From contig CALVNK010000003.1 of assembly GCA_944349615.1 (NCBI GenBank), forward strand, positions 1 through 40,634: a stretch of 40,634 nucleotides of DNA, in the 5' to 3' direction. Shown here one piece after another: positions 27,518 to 37,701 of the stretch (positions within the stretch are counted from its first letter, which is position 1; each line of letters begins with the position of its first letter). Origin of the DNA: an uncultured Clostridia bacterium. GTDB taxonomy: Bacteria; Bacillota; Clostridia; Christensenellales; UBA1242. Under the pieces are notes generated by a model, which made no database searches, had not been told where the DNA came from, and saw only the letters and a program-made list of their open reading frames with translations. Position numbers and translations under genes: made by a program.

Positions 27518-28792
27518 TTAAAATAGAGGAAAAACATATTCTACAGCATACTCTTTTTCTTGTACGCCAATAGAGATATTCCCATCATAAGATATGGTGC
27601 CTACAATTAAATCCATATCCTCATTTACAGCCTCAAAGATTAAAGTGTCTTGATTGTCAGTATACATTTTATTAAAAATATATTCAGAGGTTATTGAGGT
27701 GTAAGAACCGTCCGTAATGTTTATATAATAAATTTCGCTTCCGTTTAAAAAGTAAATTCTATCTTTTATTACAATTCCACTATTCTTTTCAAATTTTTCC
27801 ATTTGAATAGATGTTATTGTAAAAGTATTGTCAGAATGAAATTCACACTTAATTATTTCACCTGGCTTGTCATAGCTAGAATTATTTACTTGTCTAAAAT
27901 AACTTACATTATCATTTGTATAAATCAAAAATTTATTACCTACATAACTTTTATTAACAAAATAAGGGTTTTCAAGTGATGGAATTCGATCAGTATAAAT
28001 CAGATCGCCATTTTCGTTAAAATAACCATTTTCTGTGTAAGCTATTCCATTTATAGCTATATCTACCTCAACATCAAGTTTTTTAATTTTATCATTCGCT
28101 GTAATTATATATCTACTTACATTCGATGCACCATTATGTGTTGAGAAAATATTGCCATATTTATCCGCCATAAATGTAGCGCCAAAGTCTAAGACGAGGC
28201 TTGTATTGAATCTTTCTTTAACTTGTAAAATATTATTTTCGACTGAAAATTGACATATAATTGTATCTTGGTTTTTACGAATTATTGAATAAAAAGAATT
28301 ATCTGTAGCTGAATAAACCCCCATCGTATAGACGTTTACTTGGTATTTTGTTATATCATACATTTTTCCTGTTGGTTTATAAAGTGCAAAAAAGTAATCA
28401 CTTAAGGAATATGAATTTATTTCTTGTGCAATATTGTCAACATAGTGTGTACTATATAGGAGAATAAGAAAATTTCCCAAGTCTTTTACAGCAACAACGT
28501 TGTAGCTTTCTGTAAACGTTTTATCTTCTTCAAAATCAATCTTTCTAAGATGTCCTTCTTCGTCTTTGCCTAATAAATATGTTTTTTTGTGATCTTTGTT
28601 TGATGCAGAAGTCATAGCGTTAGTTCTCATAGTAGAATTATTAACAGTCCCGACAGATAGGGATGTGTAACTTTCGTAATTCGATATTGTTAAATTTAGA
28701 TCACTATGTTTGCTTGAATTGCATCCAACAAGTGTAAATGACCCTAATAACATAAAACAGATCAATAATCCAATAGTTAAAAACTTTTTCAT
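27518..28792 (-). CDS. Lipoprotein, beta-rich, unknown function
   Basis: MKKFL...LVGC lipobox; AAAGGAG SD; AT-rich gene. Confidence 0.75.
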   Translation of the reverse strand: MKKFLTIGLLICFMLLGSFTLVGCNSSKHSDLNLTISNYESYTSLSVGTVNNSTMRTNAMTSASNKDHKKTYLLGKDEEGHLRKIDFEEDKTFTESYNVVAVKDLGNFLILLYSTHYVDNIAQEINSYSLSDYFFALYKPTGKMYDITKYQVNVYTMGVYSATDNSFYSIIRKNQDTIICQFSVENNILQVKERFNTSLVLDFGATFMADKYGNIFSTHNGASNVSRYIITANDKIKKLDVEVDIAINGIAYTENGYFNENGDLIYTDRIPSLENPYFVNKSYVGNKFLIYTNDNVSYFRQVNNSSYDKPGEIIKCEFHSDNTFTITSIQMEKFEKNSGIVIKDRIYFLNGSEIYYINITDGSYTSITSEYIFNKMYTDNQDTLIFEAVNEDMDLIVGTISYDGNISIGVQEKEYAVEYVFPLF

Positions 28793-29435
28793 AATTAAAG
28801 TCTCCTTTACTCACTTTTTATGATATCACAATTTTTAAAATAATACAACTACAGGCAACTTTTTTTAAAATACAAAAAACATAACACTTTCTATATAAAA
28901 TGCCGGAAGCATAAACTCCTCTACAAAAAACTATAATTTAATAGTCTTTGAAGTCGGACACTTTCATTGTTTTTAAATCTCTGCAGTTAAAATTGCATTA
29001 TTCTGCGATTTTTTGGCATACCATTTGCTTGATACATATTTAGATTTATACACAATAATACCATTATTCATAATAAAATTTCCACCTTTTACAAGTTTTT
29101 AATCTAAAATTGCTTAGTTTATTTTATCATTTTCTAAACATTTATTTATAGGTTGTTTTCGTGGTCAGGGGGCAGTTGTTTTATGCTCTGTTTTTCTTTT
29201 TGACTTAAGATTTCGGCGAGCTGGCTTTCTAGTTTTTGCTGAGATTTAATTAATTTTATTTTAATGCATATTGTACGATTTATTTTTATCATAAAATTTA
29301 AAAAAATCAATAAAGAAAAGTAATTAACATAATTTTTATTTAAAAAAATTGGTAAAATATCTTTTAGTATTAAGAAATACAATTTCTATTTGCAATTTTT
29401 GATAAAATATGCTATTGTTAAAGACGGGAGAGAAA

Positions 29436-30749
29436 ATGTATAAGCCAATTGTTGCCGTTGTAGGAAGACCAAATGTGGGCAAAAGCACTTTCTTTAATAG
29501 GGTGTGTGGAAAGAGAATAAGTATAGTTGATGATACGCCGGGCGTTACGCGCGATAGGCTTTATGCTGACGCAAATTGGCAGGGTTATACCTTTTCACTT
29601 GTGGACACTGGCGGTATTGATAGGACAAGCGGTGATGAGTTTCAAAATGACATAAAACAGCAGGCGCTTTTGGCAATACAAGAGGCAGATGTCATTGTGT
29701 TTATAGTTGACGGAAAAAGCGGACTTACCACAAATGACTTTGAAGTTTCTCGCATTTTGCACAAATCAAATAGGCCTATTGTGCTTGTCGTAAACAAACT
29801 CGATAATTTTGAAATAGAAAATACCTATGAGTTCTACAATCTTGGGCTTGGTGATCCTTATCCACTTTCACTTGCGCAAGGAAAGGGTCTAGGCGATATC
29901 TTAGATGAAATTGTAAAACACTTTAAGGATATAGATTTAGAAAAGGAAGATATAAATGCCATAAAAATTGCAATTGTTGGTAGACCAAATGTTGGCAAAA
30001 GTTCGCTTATCAACAGGCTTGTAAATAGGGATAGAGTTGTTGTAAGCGACATTGAAGGCACAACGCGAGATAGTGTGTACGTTCCATTTAGATATGATAG
30101 GCAAGATTTTGCACTTATTGATACAGCAGGTCTTCGCAAACAAAAGGTTGTGGATAATGGCACTATTGAGTCCTATAGCGTGCTTCGAACTATGAGCGCA
30201 ATTGACGATTGCGATATTGCACTTATTGTAGTAGATGGCGGAAAAGACAAGATTACAGAGCAAGATGTCAAGGTGGCGGGATATGTCCATGAAAGTGGCA
30301 AGCCATCAGTTATAGTTGTAAACAAGTGGGACATTAAGAGTAAAGATAAAAACTCCTATTTAAAGATGCTTCAAAGCGAATTATCCTTTATGAGTTATTT
30401 TAATGTTATATTTGTTTCAGCGCTGACTGGCGAGGGGCTTGGACAGATCATGAAGCAGGCTCTAATAAGCTTCCAAAACGCATCAAAACGCATACAAACA
30501 AGCGTGCTTAATGATTTTCTCCATGAAGCAATCTTGTATTTTGAGCCTCAAGCTCGAAGCGGAAATAGGGCAAAGATAAAATACATTACTCAAACTTCCA
30601 CCAATCCGCCAACATTCATAATATTTGTCAATGACGCAAAACTAATAAATTTTTCTTATAAGCGGTATTTAGAAAATAAACTAAGAGAGAGCGTGGACTT
30701 TTCTGGTACGCCGATAAAGCTTGTTTTTAAGGGAAAAGGAGATGAATAA
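29436..30749 (+). CDS. der: Ribosome biogenesis GTPase Der (EngA)
   Basis: Two GTPase domains (GRPNVGKS twice, DTGG/DTAG, NKLD/NKWD) and a KH-like C-terminus. Start at ATG 29436 after GGGAG. Confidence 0.97.
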   Translation: MYKPIVAVVGRPNVGKSTFFNRVCGKRISIVDDTPGVTRDRLYADANWQGYTFSLVDTGGIDRTSGDEFQNDIKQQALLAIQEADVIVFIVDGKSGLTTNDFEVSRILHKSNRPIVLVVNKLDNFEIENTYEFYNLGLGDPYPLSLAQGKGLGDILDEIVKHFKDIDLEKEDINAIKIAIVGRPNVGKSSLINRLVNRDRVVVSDIEGTTRDSVYVPFRYDRQDFALIDTAGLRKQKVVDNGTIESYSVLRTMSAIDDCDIALIVVDGGKDKITEQDVKVAGYVHESGKPSVIVVNKWDIKSKDKNSYLKMLQSELSFMSYFNVIFVSALTGEGLGQIMKQALISFQNASKRIQTSVLNDFLHEAILYFEPQARSGNRAKIKYITQTSTNPPTFIIFVNDAKLINFSYKRYLENKLRESVDFSGTPIKLVFKGKGDE

Positions 30750-30752
30750 AAA

Positions 30753-31880
30753 GTGACCGATATTTTATATTTCATACTTGTTGCCTTTATATCATATTTT
30801 CTTGGCACTATAAATTTTTCCAAGATGCTCTCTTGGTATGTAAAACATAAGGATATAACAAAGATAGGCAGTGGCAATCCAGGGACAATGAATATGCTTC
30901 GTTCCTATGGTTTTGGCATTGCTTTTGCTACATTCCTAGCGGAAATTGTCAAATCAGGTCTTGCCTGCCTTGTTTTTAAATTAATTTTCCCACAATACGA
31001 TCAAGTCATATATTTCGTGAGCGCGATATTCTTGCTTTTTGGCAACAACTTTCCTGTTTGGTCAAAATTTAAAGGAGGCAAGGGTGTCGCAACTCTTGCT
31101 GGTGTATTTCTCTTTTCAAATCTTTGGTATGTGGCACTTACATGGTTTGTTGTCTGCTTCATACTCTTTATGTTTATCGAATATGCAAGCGTAATTTCTT
31201 TCACATACATTGGTGGACTATCGGTGGCATACACTATCTATGCTTTTGTAAGCCAAATCTACTATGCATGGCTTGTAGTTGCAATCATTTGGGTTATGTA
31301 TGTGATTATGCTTGCAAGACATCATGCAAACATTAAAAGGCTGTTTACTCACACAGAAAATAAAATAGATTTCAAGGCAAAACTTGCAAAAGTCTTCAAA
31401 CACAAAAGAGGCGAAACGATCATCGATGAAGAATTTGTTGAGCACACACCTGAAAAAGAGATAATTGTGACACAACTCGAGAAAAAAGAAGAAAAAAATG
31501 ACGAGGCGAGTGAAAAACTCGAAATAGAAAAAAATGAAGATAATGAAAACATAGATTTTGCTCATAAAGGTGGAACAATCAATGATGATGAAAATAACGA
31601 AATCGAAGATGACAAAGAGTTTTCCATTCAAGAAAATACTACTCTAAATGATGAAAAAATAGATCAGGAAGATTTAGACTCTCTATCAGCAAATTTCTCT
31701 ATTGATGAAAAAGAAAATTATAGACAAACGATAGATAGTCAGTTAGAGGACGATGGTATACAAGAAAATGTGACTGACGAAAGTAATGGTGAAATTGAAG
31801 AAAATGCTAATTTTGATATAGAGGATACAGAATTAAAGCCTGAACAGTTGTCTAAGAAAGATGATGACAGTGATGTTTGA
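30753..31880 (+). CDS. plsY: Glycerol-3-phosphate acyltransferase PlsY with a long acidic C-terminal extension
   Basis: GSGNPGTMN, FKGGKGVAT, RHHANIKRL; follows der. Confidence 0.9.
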   Translation: MTDILYFILVAFISYFLGTINFSKMLSWYVKHKDITKIGSGNPGTMNMLRSYGFGIAFATFLAEIVKSGLACLVFKLIFPQYDQVIYFVSAIFLLFGNNFPVWSKFKGGKGVATLAGVFLFSNLWYVALTWFVVCFILFMFIEYASVISFTYIGGLSVAYTIYAFVSQIYYAWLVVAIIWVMYVIMLARHHANIKRLFTHTENKIDFKAKLAKVFKHKRGETIIDEEFVEHTPEKEIIVTQLEKKEEKNDEASEKLEIEKNEDNENIDFAHKGGTINDDENNEIEDDKEFSIQENTTLNDEKIDQEDLDSLSANFSIDEKENYRQTIDSQLEDDGIQENVTDESNGEIEENANFDIEDTELKPEQLSKKDDDSDV

Positions 31881-32172
31881 TAGTAGTTATAAATTTAAAA
31901 ATATATCTTTCTAAATCCTGAATTTTAATAATTTTATAACATTAAATATATAATTTCCATATGATTTTGCTGATTTTTATTGCAAAACATTTATATAAAA
32001 AATCAAAAATATATTGTAGAGTAAATGAATTATATTTGAATTTTATATATAGAATATCGCAAAGTTATACATACAAAGCACATTCAAATAAAATGAATGT
32101 GGTTTTTATGAAATTCTAATTGCTATATTTTTTTTAATTGACAATTTGTAATATAAATATTAAACTTAAATT

Positions 32173-33411
32173 ATGAAATTTAGATTTATACAAGAAATAC
32201 AAACTTTGTTAAATAAGGAACATGTAATTGAAGTCGATAATATGACAATAGTTGAACAACAGTTGGTAGCATCATTGTTATATCCTTATATAGAAGAAAC
32301 ATCTCAATCAGTTAAGTCATCAATAATAGATTCTTCAAAAATAATTAATCAATCATTTTATAAGAATGCTAAAGATGTTCATAATGATAAGTCTAAGGGT
32401 GGTGACAGAACATTATCAAATTTGCCAAATTGTGAAATAATGGCTTGTAAAAAAGTTGGTGCTAAAATTGTCACCGGTCTTGGTGAGAAAATAGAGGCAA
32501 GTTCAAAGCTAGTTGGACGTAAAATTTTTTTTGAGAATAAAGAGATGATGTGTGATTTGCATATCCATACAAATTGTTCTGATGGTGGCTTGGATCCATC
32601 ACTAATTTTAGAAAAAGCCGTTCAAGATGGGGTTAAAATTCTTTCCATTACAGATCATAACAATATAGATGCCTATAGCATATTAAAAAATGTTGCTCAT
32701 GGTGATATATTAATTATAAATGGTGTTGAATGTGATGTAAAATTCCAAGATAAAGATTTGCATATTTTAATGTATGGATTTGATTTGGAGAATAAACATA
32801 TCAAGCAGTTCTTTGGAAAAATACGAAAAGATGACATCAGTTCCTTTAGAAAAATGTTAAAAGAAGTGTGCCAAAAACATAGTTTAAATATATCCGAAAA
32901 AGATATATTAAAATTTGAAAAAGATAATGTATACTTTGATAAAGTTAGATTAAATAATTTTCTTTTTTCTTTAGGTTATGCCACTTCTCCAAGAGAAGCA
33001 TTTAATCTATTTACTAAAGATATTGTCGAAAAGAAAAGAAAGCAAGTAACGGCGGAAGAATTTTTCAAGCTTGCAAAACATTGTAATGCAATTACAATGT
33101 TGGCACATCCTATGAAATATACAGAAAATAAAAATGATTTAAATGAAATAAAATCTTTAATATTGGAACTACAAAAAATAGGTCTTACTGGCATAGAAGT
33201 CTTTAATAACCGCCAAACAAAAATGAATCAAGAAGATCTATTTAAGTTTGCTAAGGAAAATAATCTCGAGTACAGTGCAGGAAGTGATTTCCATTGCAAA
33301 ATAGGAGTTCAAGAAGAAAAAGAAATTGGTCATGTTTTATCACAAAAGATCACTTTAAATATGTTTAGTCCATCTCTCATTAAAACTTTTTTGTTGAGTT
33401 ATAAAAAATAA
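32173..33411 (+). CDS. PHP-domain phosphoesterase with an extra N-terminal region
   Basis: DLHIHTNCSDG, ITDHN, GVE, LAHP, GSDFH metal-binding motifs from about aa 128 onward. Confidence 0.85.
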   Translation: MKFRFIQEIQTLLNKEHVIEVDNMTIVEQQLVASLLYPYIEETSQSVKSSIIDSSKIINQSFYKNAKDVHNDKSKGGDRTLSNLPNCEIMACKKVGAKIVTGLGEKIEASSKLVGRKIFFENKEMMCDLHIHTNCSDGGLDPSLILEKAVQDGVKILSITDHNNIDAYSILKNVAHGDILIINGVECDVKFQDKDLHILMYGFDLENKHIKQFFGKIRKDDISSFRKMLKEVCQKHSLNISEKDILKFEKDNVYFDKVRLNNFLFSLGYATSPREAFNLFTKDIVEKKRKQVTAEEFFKLAKHCNAITMLAHPMKYTENKNDLNEIKSLILELQKIGLTGIEVFNNRQTKMNQEDLFKFAKENNLEYSAGSDFHCKIGVQEEKEIGHVLSQKITLNMFSPSLIKTFLLSYKK

Positions 33412-33490
33412 TTGCTATATAATAAAATTAAAGAACAATGTTTACAAAAATAGATATTTAAAAGATAAACATTTTAATATTACATATTTG

Positions 33491-33519
33491 GAATATCGAA
33501 AGGTTTGCCTGCATAAATT
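33491..33519 (+). promoter_or_regulatory. Sigma-E-type promoter of spoIVA
   Basis: GAATATC, 14 bp, CATAAATT fits the sigma-E pattern (G/T)(A/C)ATA..-N14-CATAcanT; spoIVA is an established sigma-E target. Confidence 0.65.
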
Positions 33520-33544
33520 ATCTTGTCGCATAGGAGGCATAATT

Positions 33545-35020
33545 ATGGAAAAATTCCAAATTTATGATGATATTAAAACTCGTACTAATGGAGACATATA
33601 TATTGGGGTTGTTGGTCCTGTCAGAGTTGGCAAATCAACATTTATTACGCAGTTTATGAAGAAATTAGTACTTCCTAATATCACTGAAAAGAATTCAAAA
33701 GAAAGAACTATTGACGAACTTCCGCAAAGTGCCGATGGCAAGACAATCATGACAACTCAGCCACGCTTTGTGCCTAATGAAGCAGTTGCAATCCAAGTTG
33801 CTGGCGCTGACATGCGTGTAAGAATGATTGACTGTGTTGGCTATCTTGTCAACGGTGTCATGGGACACATAGAAGATGACAAACCTAGGCTTGTCAAGAC
33901 ACCTTGGTCAGAAGAAGAACTGCCTTTTGAACAGGCGGCAGAACTAGGTACAAACAAGGTCATCAACGAACATTCTACAATAGGTATCGTGCTTACCACT
34001 GATGGCTCAGTGACAGAAATTCCACGTTCAAACTATATAGAAGCCGAGGAACGTGTTGTACAAGAAATGAAATTATGCGGAAAACCATTCGTGATGGTAT
34101 TAAACTGCAAGTCGCCATCCTCTAGTGAAGCAAAAAAATTGTCAAATTCACTTTCTGAAAAATATGGAGTGCCTGTCATTGCTTTAAACGCACTTGAGCT
34201 TAAAGATGAAGATGTTGATAAAATATTTGAGAAAATCTTGATGGAATTCCCTGTTTCATCAATTCAAATAAGAATGCCAAACTGGCTTTGCGCACTTGAC
34301 TATAACAATGAAATAATCAGCGAAATTGCAACTGAAATGAGAAGAATTGGCGCAAATATGATTAAACTTAGTGACGCCGATAAAAATCATATTGCTTTTG
34401 AAGAAAGCGAAAATTTTGACCCTATTACCATCTCAGCTGTCAATGCAGGCAACGGTGTTGTCGAGTTTGATGTCATTCCAAAGGCAGACTTATTTTACAA
34501 AGTGCTTTCAAGTCAGTGCGGATACAATATTAAAGATGACTTTGCACTTATCAGCTATATCAAACAACTCGGCAAAGCCAAAGTTGAATATGACAAGATT
34601 AAGGATGCACTTGAGCAAGTTAAGCAGACGGGATATGGCATTGTTGAACCAAAACGCGATGACTTAGAACTTGGCGAACCTGAAATAATTAGACAGGGTG
34701 GAAGATATGGCGTCAAGATCAAGGCGACAGCTCCAAGTTTGCATATTATGAGAGTTGATGTTGAAACAGAAGTTACACCACTTGTTGGCACCGAAGACCA
34801 AAGCCAAGACCTTGCTAAAAATATTGTAGAGCAGTTTGAACAAGACCCTGTCGCTCTTTGGGATACAAATATTCTCGGCAAAAGTCTATACTCTCTTGTC
34901 GGCGACAATATAAACTCTAAGATCGTGACTATGCCAGTTGAAGCTCAACGCAAGATGAGAAAGACACTCTCTCGAATTGTCAATGAAGGCAAGGGCGGAG
35001 TGCTCTGCATATTGCTGTAA
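33545..35020 (+). CDS. spoIVA: Stage IV sporulation protein A
   Basis: IYDDIKTRTNGDIYIGVVGPVRVGKSTFI ... RIVNEGKGGVLCILL; AGGAGG SD before ATG 33545. Confidence 0.97.
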   Translation: MEKFQIYDDIKTRTNGDIYIGVVGPVRVGKSTFITQFMKKLVLPNITEKNSKERTIDELPQSADGKTIMTTQPRFVPNEAVAIQVAGADMRVRMIDCVGYLVNGVMGHIEDDKPRLVKTPWSEEELPFEQAAELGTNKVINEHSTIGIVLTTDGSVTEIPRSNYIEAEERVVQEMKLCGKPFVMVLNCKSPSSSEAKKLSNSLSEKYGVPVIALNALELKDEDVDKIFEKILMEFPVSSIQIRMPNWLCALDYNNEIISEIATEMRRIGANMIKLSDADKNHIAFEESENFDPITISAVNAGNGVVEFDVIPKADLFYKVLSSQCGYNIKDDFALISYIKQLGKAKVEYDKIKDALEQVKQTGYGIVEPKRDDLELGEPEIIRQGGRYGVKIKATAPSLHIMRVDVETEVTPLVGTEDQSQDLAKNIVEQFEQDPVALWDTNILGKSLYSLVGDNINSKIVTMPVEAQRKMRKTLSRIVNEGKGGVLCILL

Positions 35021-35311
35021 AAAATTGAAAGTGTATAAAAATCTGTAAAATTTAACAAAAATGCTAAAAATTTACAAAAAACACAAAAAAATTGTCGATT
35101 TTGATAAATTTTTACAAATTTGATAATAAAATGAATTTGAAGTCGAAATCATTGTTCCTAAGACGGAGGCAATATTTCGACTTTTTTTATTTTTTTAAAA
35201 TTTATAGAATGGATTTTATCTTTGATAACAATTGTCTTTTAGATAAAAAATCTTTAATAATTTTACTATTCAATTTACTTTATAGAAAAAATTTGATATC
35301 ATATATTTGCT

Positions 35312-37519
35312 ATGGAATTCGATGAGAAAATTTTAAATGAAGAGCAGTTGCAACCACTCAAACAGACAGAAGGGGCAGTGCTTGTCACGGCAGGAGCAGG
35401 CAGTGGCAAGACCAGACTCTTGACTTATCGTGTTGCCTATCTGATAGAAGAAAAAGGAGTGTCGCCTTACAATATTTTGGCGATCACTTTTACCAATAAA
35501 GCATCAAATGAGATGAGAGAGCGTTTAATTCAAATGTTGCCACTTGCAAGCGAGATTTGGATATCGACTTTTCACTCAATGTGTGCCAAAATGCTGAGAA
35601 GAGATATTGACAAAATGCCACCATTCACGCGTGACTTTTCTATATACAGCGAAAGCGACAGTGAAAAAGTGTTGAAAGAGGTGTGCAGTGAGCTTGGTCA
35701 AGAAGATGATAAGTTTAGAAAGCGGGCAATGCATCATCTGTCAAATTATAAAAATGGAGTGCAAGAATTAGACGAATATCTATCTTCTCATGAAGATGAA
35801 TATAGTATGGACAAGATCGGCAATGCGATAAGATTGTATCAAGAAAAGTTGAAAAAATACAACGCGCTCGATTTTGACGATCTTCTTCAAAAGACCGTAC
35901 AACTTTTTGAAATGTGTCCGCAGGTTCTTTCCTATTATGCAAACAGATTTAGATATATTTTAGTTGACGAATTTCAAGATACCAACCTTATACAATACAA
36001 ACTCGTCAAGATGCTTGCAAATGTGCATGGCAATATCTTCGTTGTCGGCGATGAAGATCAGTGCATATATTCATGGCGGGGAGCAAACTTTCAAAACATA
36101 TTTAATTTTAAACGAGATTTTAGCGATGTGCATGTCTATAAACTCGAAAGAAATTATCGGTCAAGCAAAGAGATAATCCAGATAGCCAACAATGTCATAA
36201 AGAACAATCGACAGCGTCTTAATAAAAATATGTGGACGGATAAAGAAGAGGGCGAAAAACCCATTCTTTACAACGCGGTCGACGAGCGAGATGAGGCGCT
36301 ATTTGTAGCCAAAACAATCGAAAAGTTAAAAAGTCAAGGCTATAACTACAAGGATATGGCTGTACTTATGCGCATGAACTCACTCTCGCGAAATTTCGAA
36401 GAGGCATTTTTGTCCTATAACATTCCACATAGGATTTTCGGTGGCTTCAAATTCTATGAGCGTGCCGAGATAAGAATTGTAATTGGCTATCTTCGTCTTT
36501 TTACAAATCCCAAAGACGATGTTTCATTTGCTCGTATAATAAACTTTCCAAAGCGTGGAATAGGTGATGGAACGCTTGCTCGCCTTGCTCAAATTGATCC
36601 TAATAAATCACTGCTTGAAAATGCTTTATCTCCAGAATTTACGCAAAATCAAGCAATTTTTAAGAAATTTGCTGAATTTATTGCGATTTTTAAGAAATTA
36701 TCTATAGAAAAACAAAATCCGATCTCAAAATTTGTTGAAAAAGTTATCACTGAATTTAAGATCAAGAGTGCCTATAACATAAAAGATGAAGAAGATTTGA
36801 ATAGGGTGTATAATATAGAGCAGTTTATTCAATCTGTGCGCGAGTATGAAGCGCTCAATCCTGACAGCACACTTTCAGATTTTCTCGAAAGTATTACACT
36901 TTATTCCGATAATGATCAAATAGGTCAAGAAGGTCAGGTGACAATAGCGACAGTTCACGCAGTTAAAGGGCTTGAATTCAAAGTGGTGTTTGTTGTAGGG
37001 CTTGAAGAAGGGATCTTTCCTATTTCAAGGGCGCTCAATTCAAATTTTGAACTTGAAGAAGAACGCAGGCTTTGCTATGTGGCCTTGACTCGAGCAATGG
37101 AACGGCTTTATCTATCCTATGCTTCAAAAAGATATCTATACCACGAAAGTCAATTTCAGGTGCCAAGCAGATTTTGTAGAGAGATTGGACTTTTATCCCT
37201 TGAAAGACCAAAACCAAGGGTCAATGTTGACAGATTTAATTATGAAGATGGCTATAAACAAAATGTGCCAAACAAAATCGCAAATTCAAGCAAAGTTGAA
37301 TTATGGAATAAAAATATACTAAGTGAGAAAAAGGAAGAATACAAACCTAAAAAGGATGTGAGCATATATCAAGTAGGACAAAAAGTTGAACATCCAAAAT
37401 TTGGAGAAGGTATTATATTACAAATTTCATCTGATCATCTAGTTGGCGATATTGACTTTGAGAATTTTGGTAAAAAGAGTTTAATGCTTGAGCTGGCACC
37501 TTTGACTATAATCGAATAA
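35312..37519 (+). CDS. pcrA: ATP-dependent DNA helicase PcrA/UvrD
   Basis: AGAGSGKT, TFTNKA, LVDEFQDTN, VGDEDQCIYSWRGA, EEERRLCYVALTRA, C-terminal HPKFGEG; upstream of ligA. Confidence 0.95.
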   Translation: MEFDEKILNEEQLQPLKQTEGAVLVTAGAGSGKTRLLTYRVAYLIEEKGVSPYNILAITFTNKASNEMRERLIQMLPLASEIWISTFHSMCAKMLRRDIDKMPPFTRDFSIYSESDSEKVLKEVCSELGQEDDKFRKRAMHHLSNYKNGVQELDEYLSSHEDEYSMDKIGNAIRLYQEKLKKYNALDFDDLLQKTVQLFEMCPQVLSYYANRFRYILVDEFQDTNLIQYKLVKMLANVHGNIFVVGDEDQCIYSWRGANFQNIFNFKRDFSDVHVYKLERNYRSSKEIIQIANNVIKNNRQRLNKNMWTDKEEGEKPILYNAVDERDEALFVAKTIEKLKSQGYNYKDMAVLMRMNSLSRNFEEAFLSYNIPHRIFGGFKFYERAEIRIVIGYLRLFTNPKDDVSFARIINFPKRGIGDGTLARLAQIDPNKSLLENALSPEFTQNQAIFKKFAEFIAIFKKLSIEKQNPISKFVEKVITEFKIKSAYNIKDEEDLNRVYNIEQFIQSVREYEALNPDSTLSDFLESITLYSDNDQIGQEGQVTIATVHAVKGLEFKVVFVVGLEEGIFPISRALNSNFELEEERRLCYVALTRAMERLYLSYASKRYLYHESQFQVPSRFCREIGLLSLERPKPRVNVDRFNYEDGYKQNVPNKIANSSKVELWNKNILSEKKEEYKPKKDVSIYQVGQKVEHPKFGEGIILQISSDHLVGDIDFENFGKKSLMLELAPLTIIE

Positions 37520-37701
37520 AAAAGTCTTTATTTTGTTTAAAATTTAGCTTGCAAGGGCAAAAACAATGTAAAAATAAAAATAATTTATAAGCATCGTAAT
37601 TTTAAAAATAAAAGTAAAAAATGCAAAAAAACAATAAAAAATCTTAAATTTTTCGGTTTTTTAGTAAAATATTTGTCAATTTTTAATAAATGGAGTGATA
37701 A

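Noticed and set aside
29146-29382. 78-aa minus-strand ORF upstream of der (also 35092..35325)
   Set aside because: Composition mirrors AT-rich intergenic DNA and there is no SD. A small gene remnant cannot be fully excluded.
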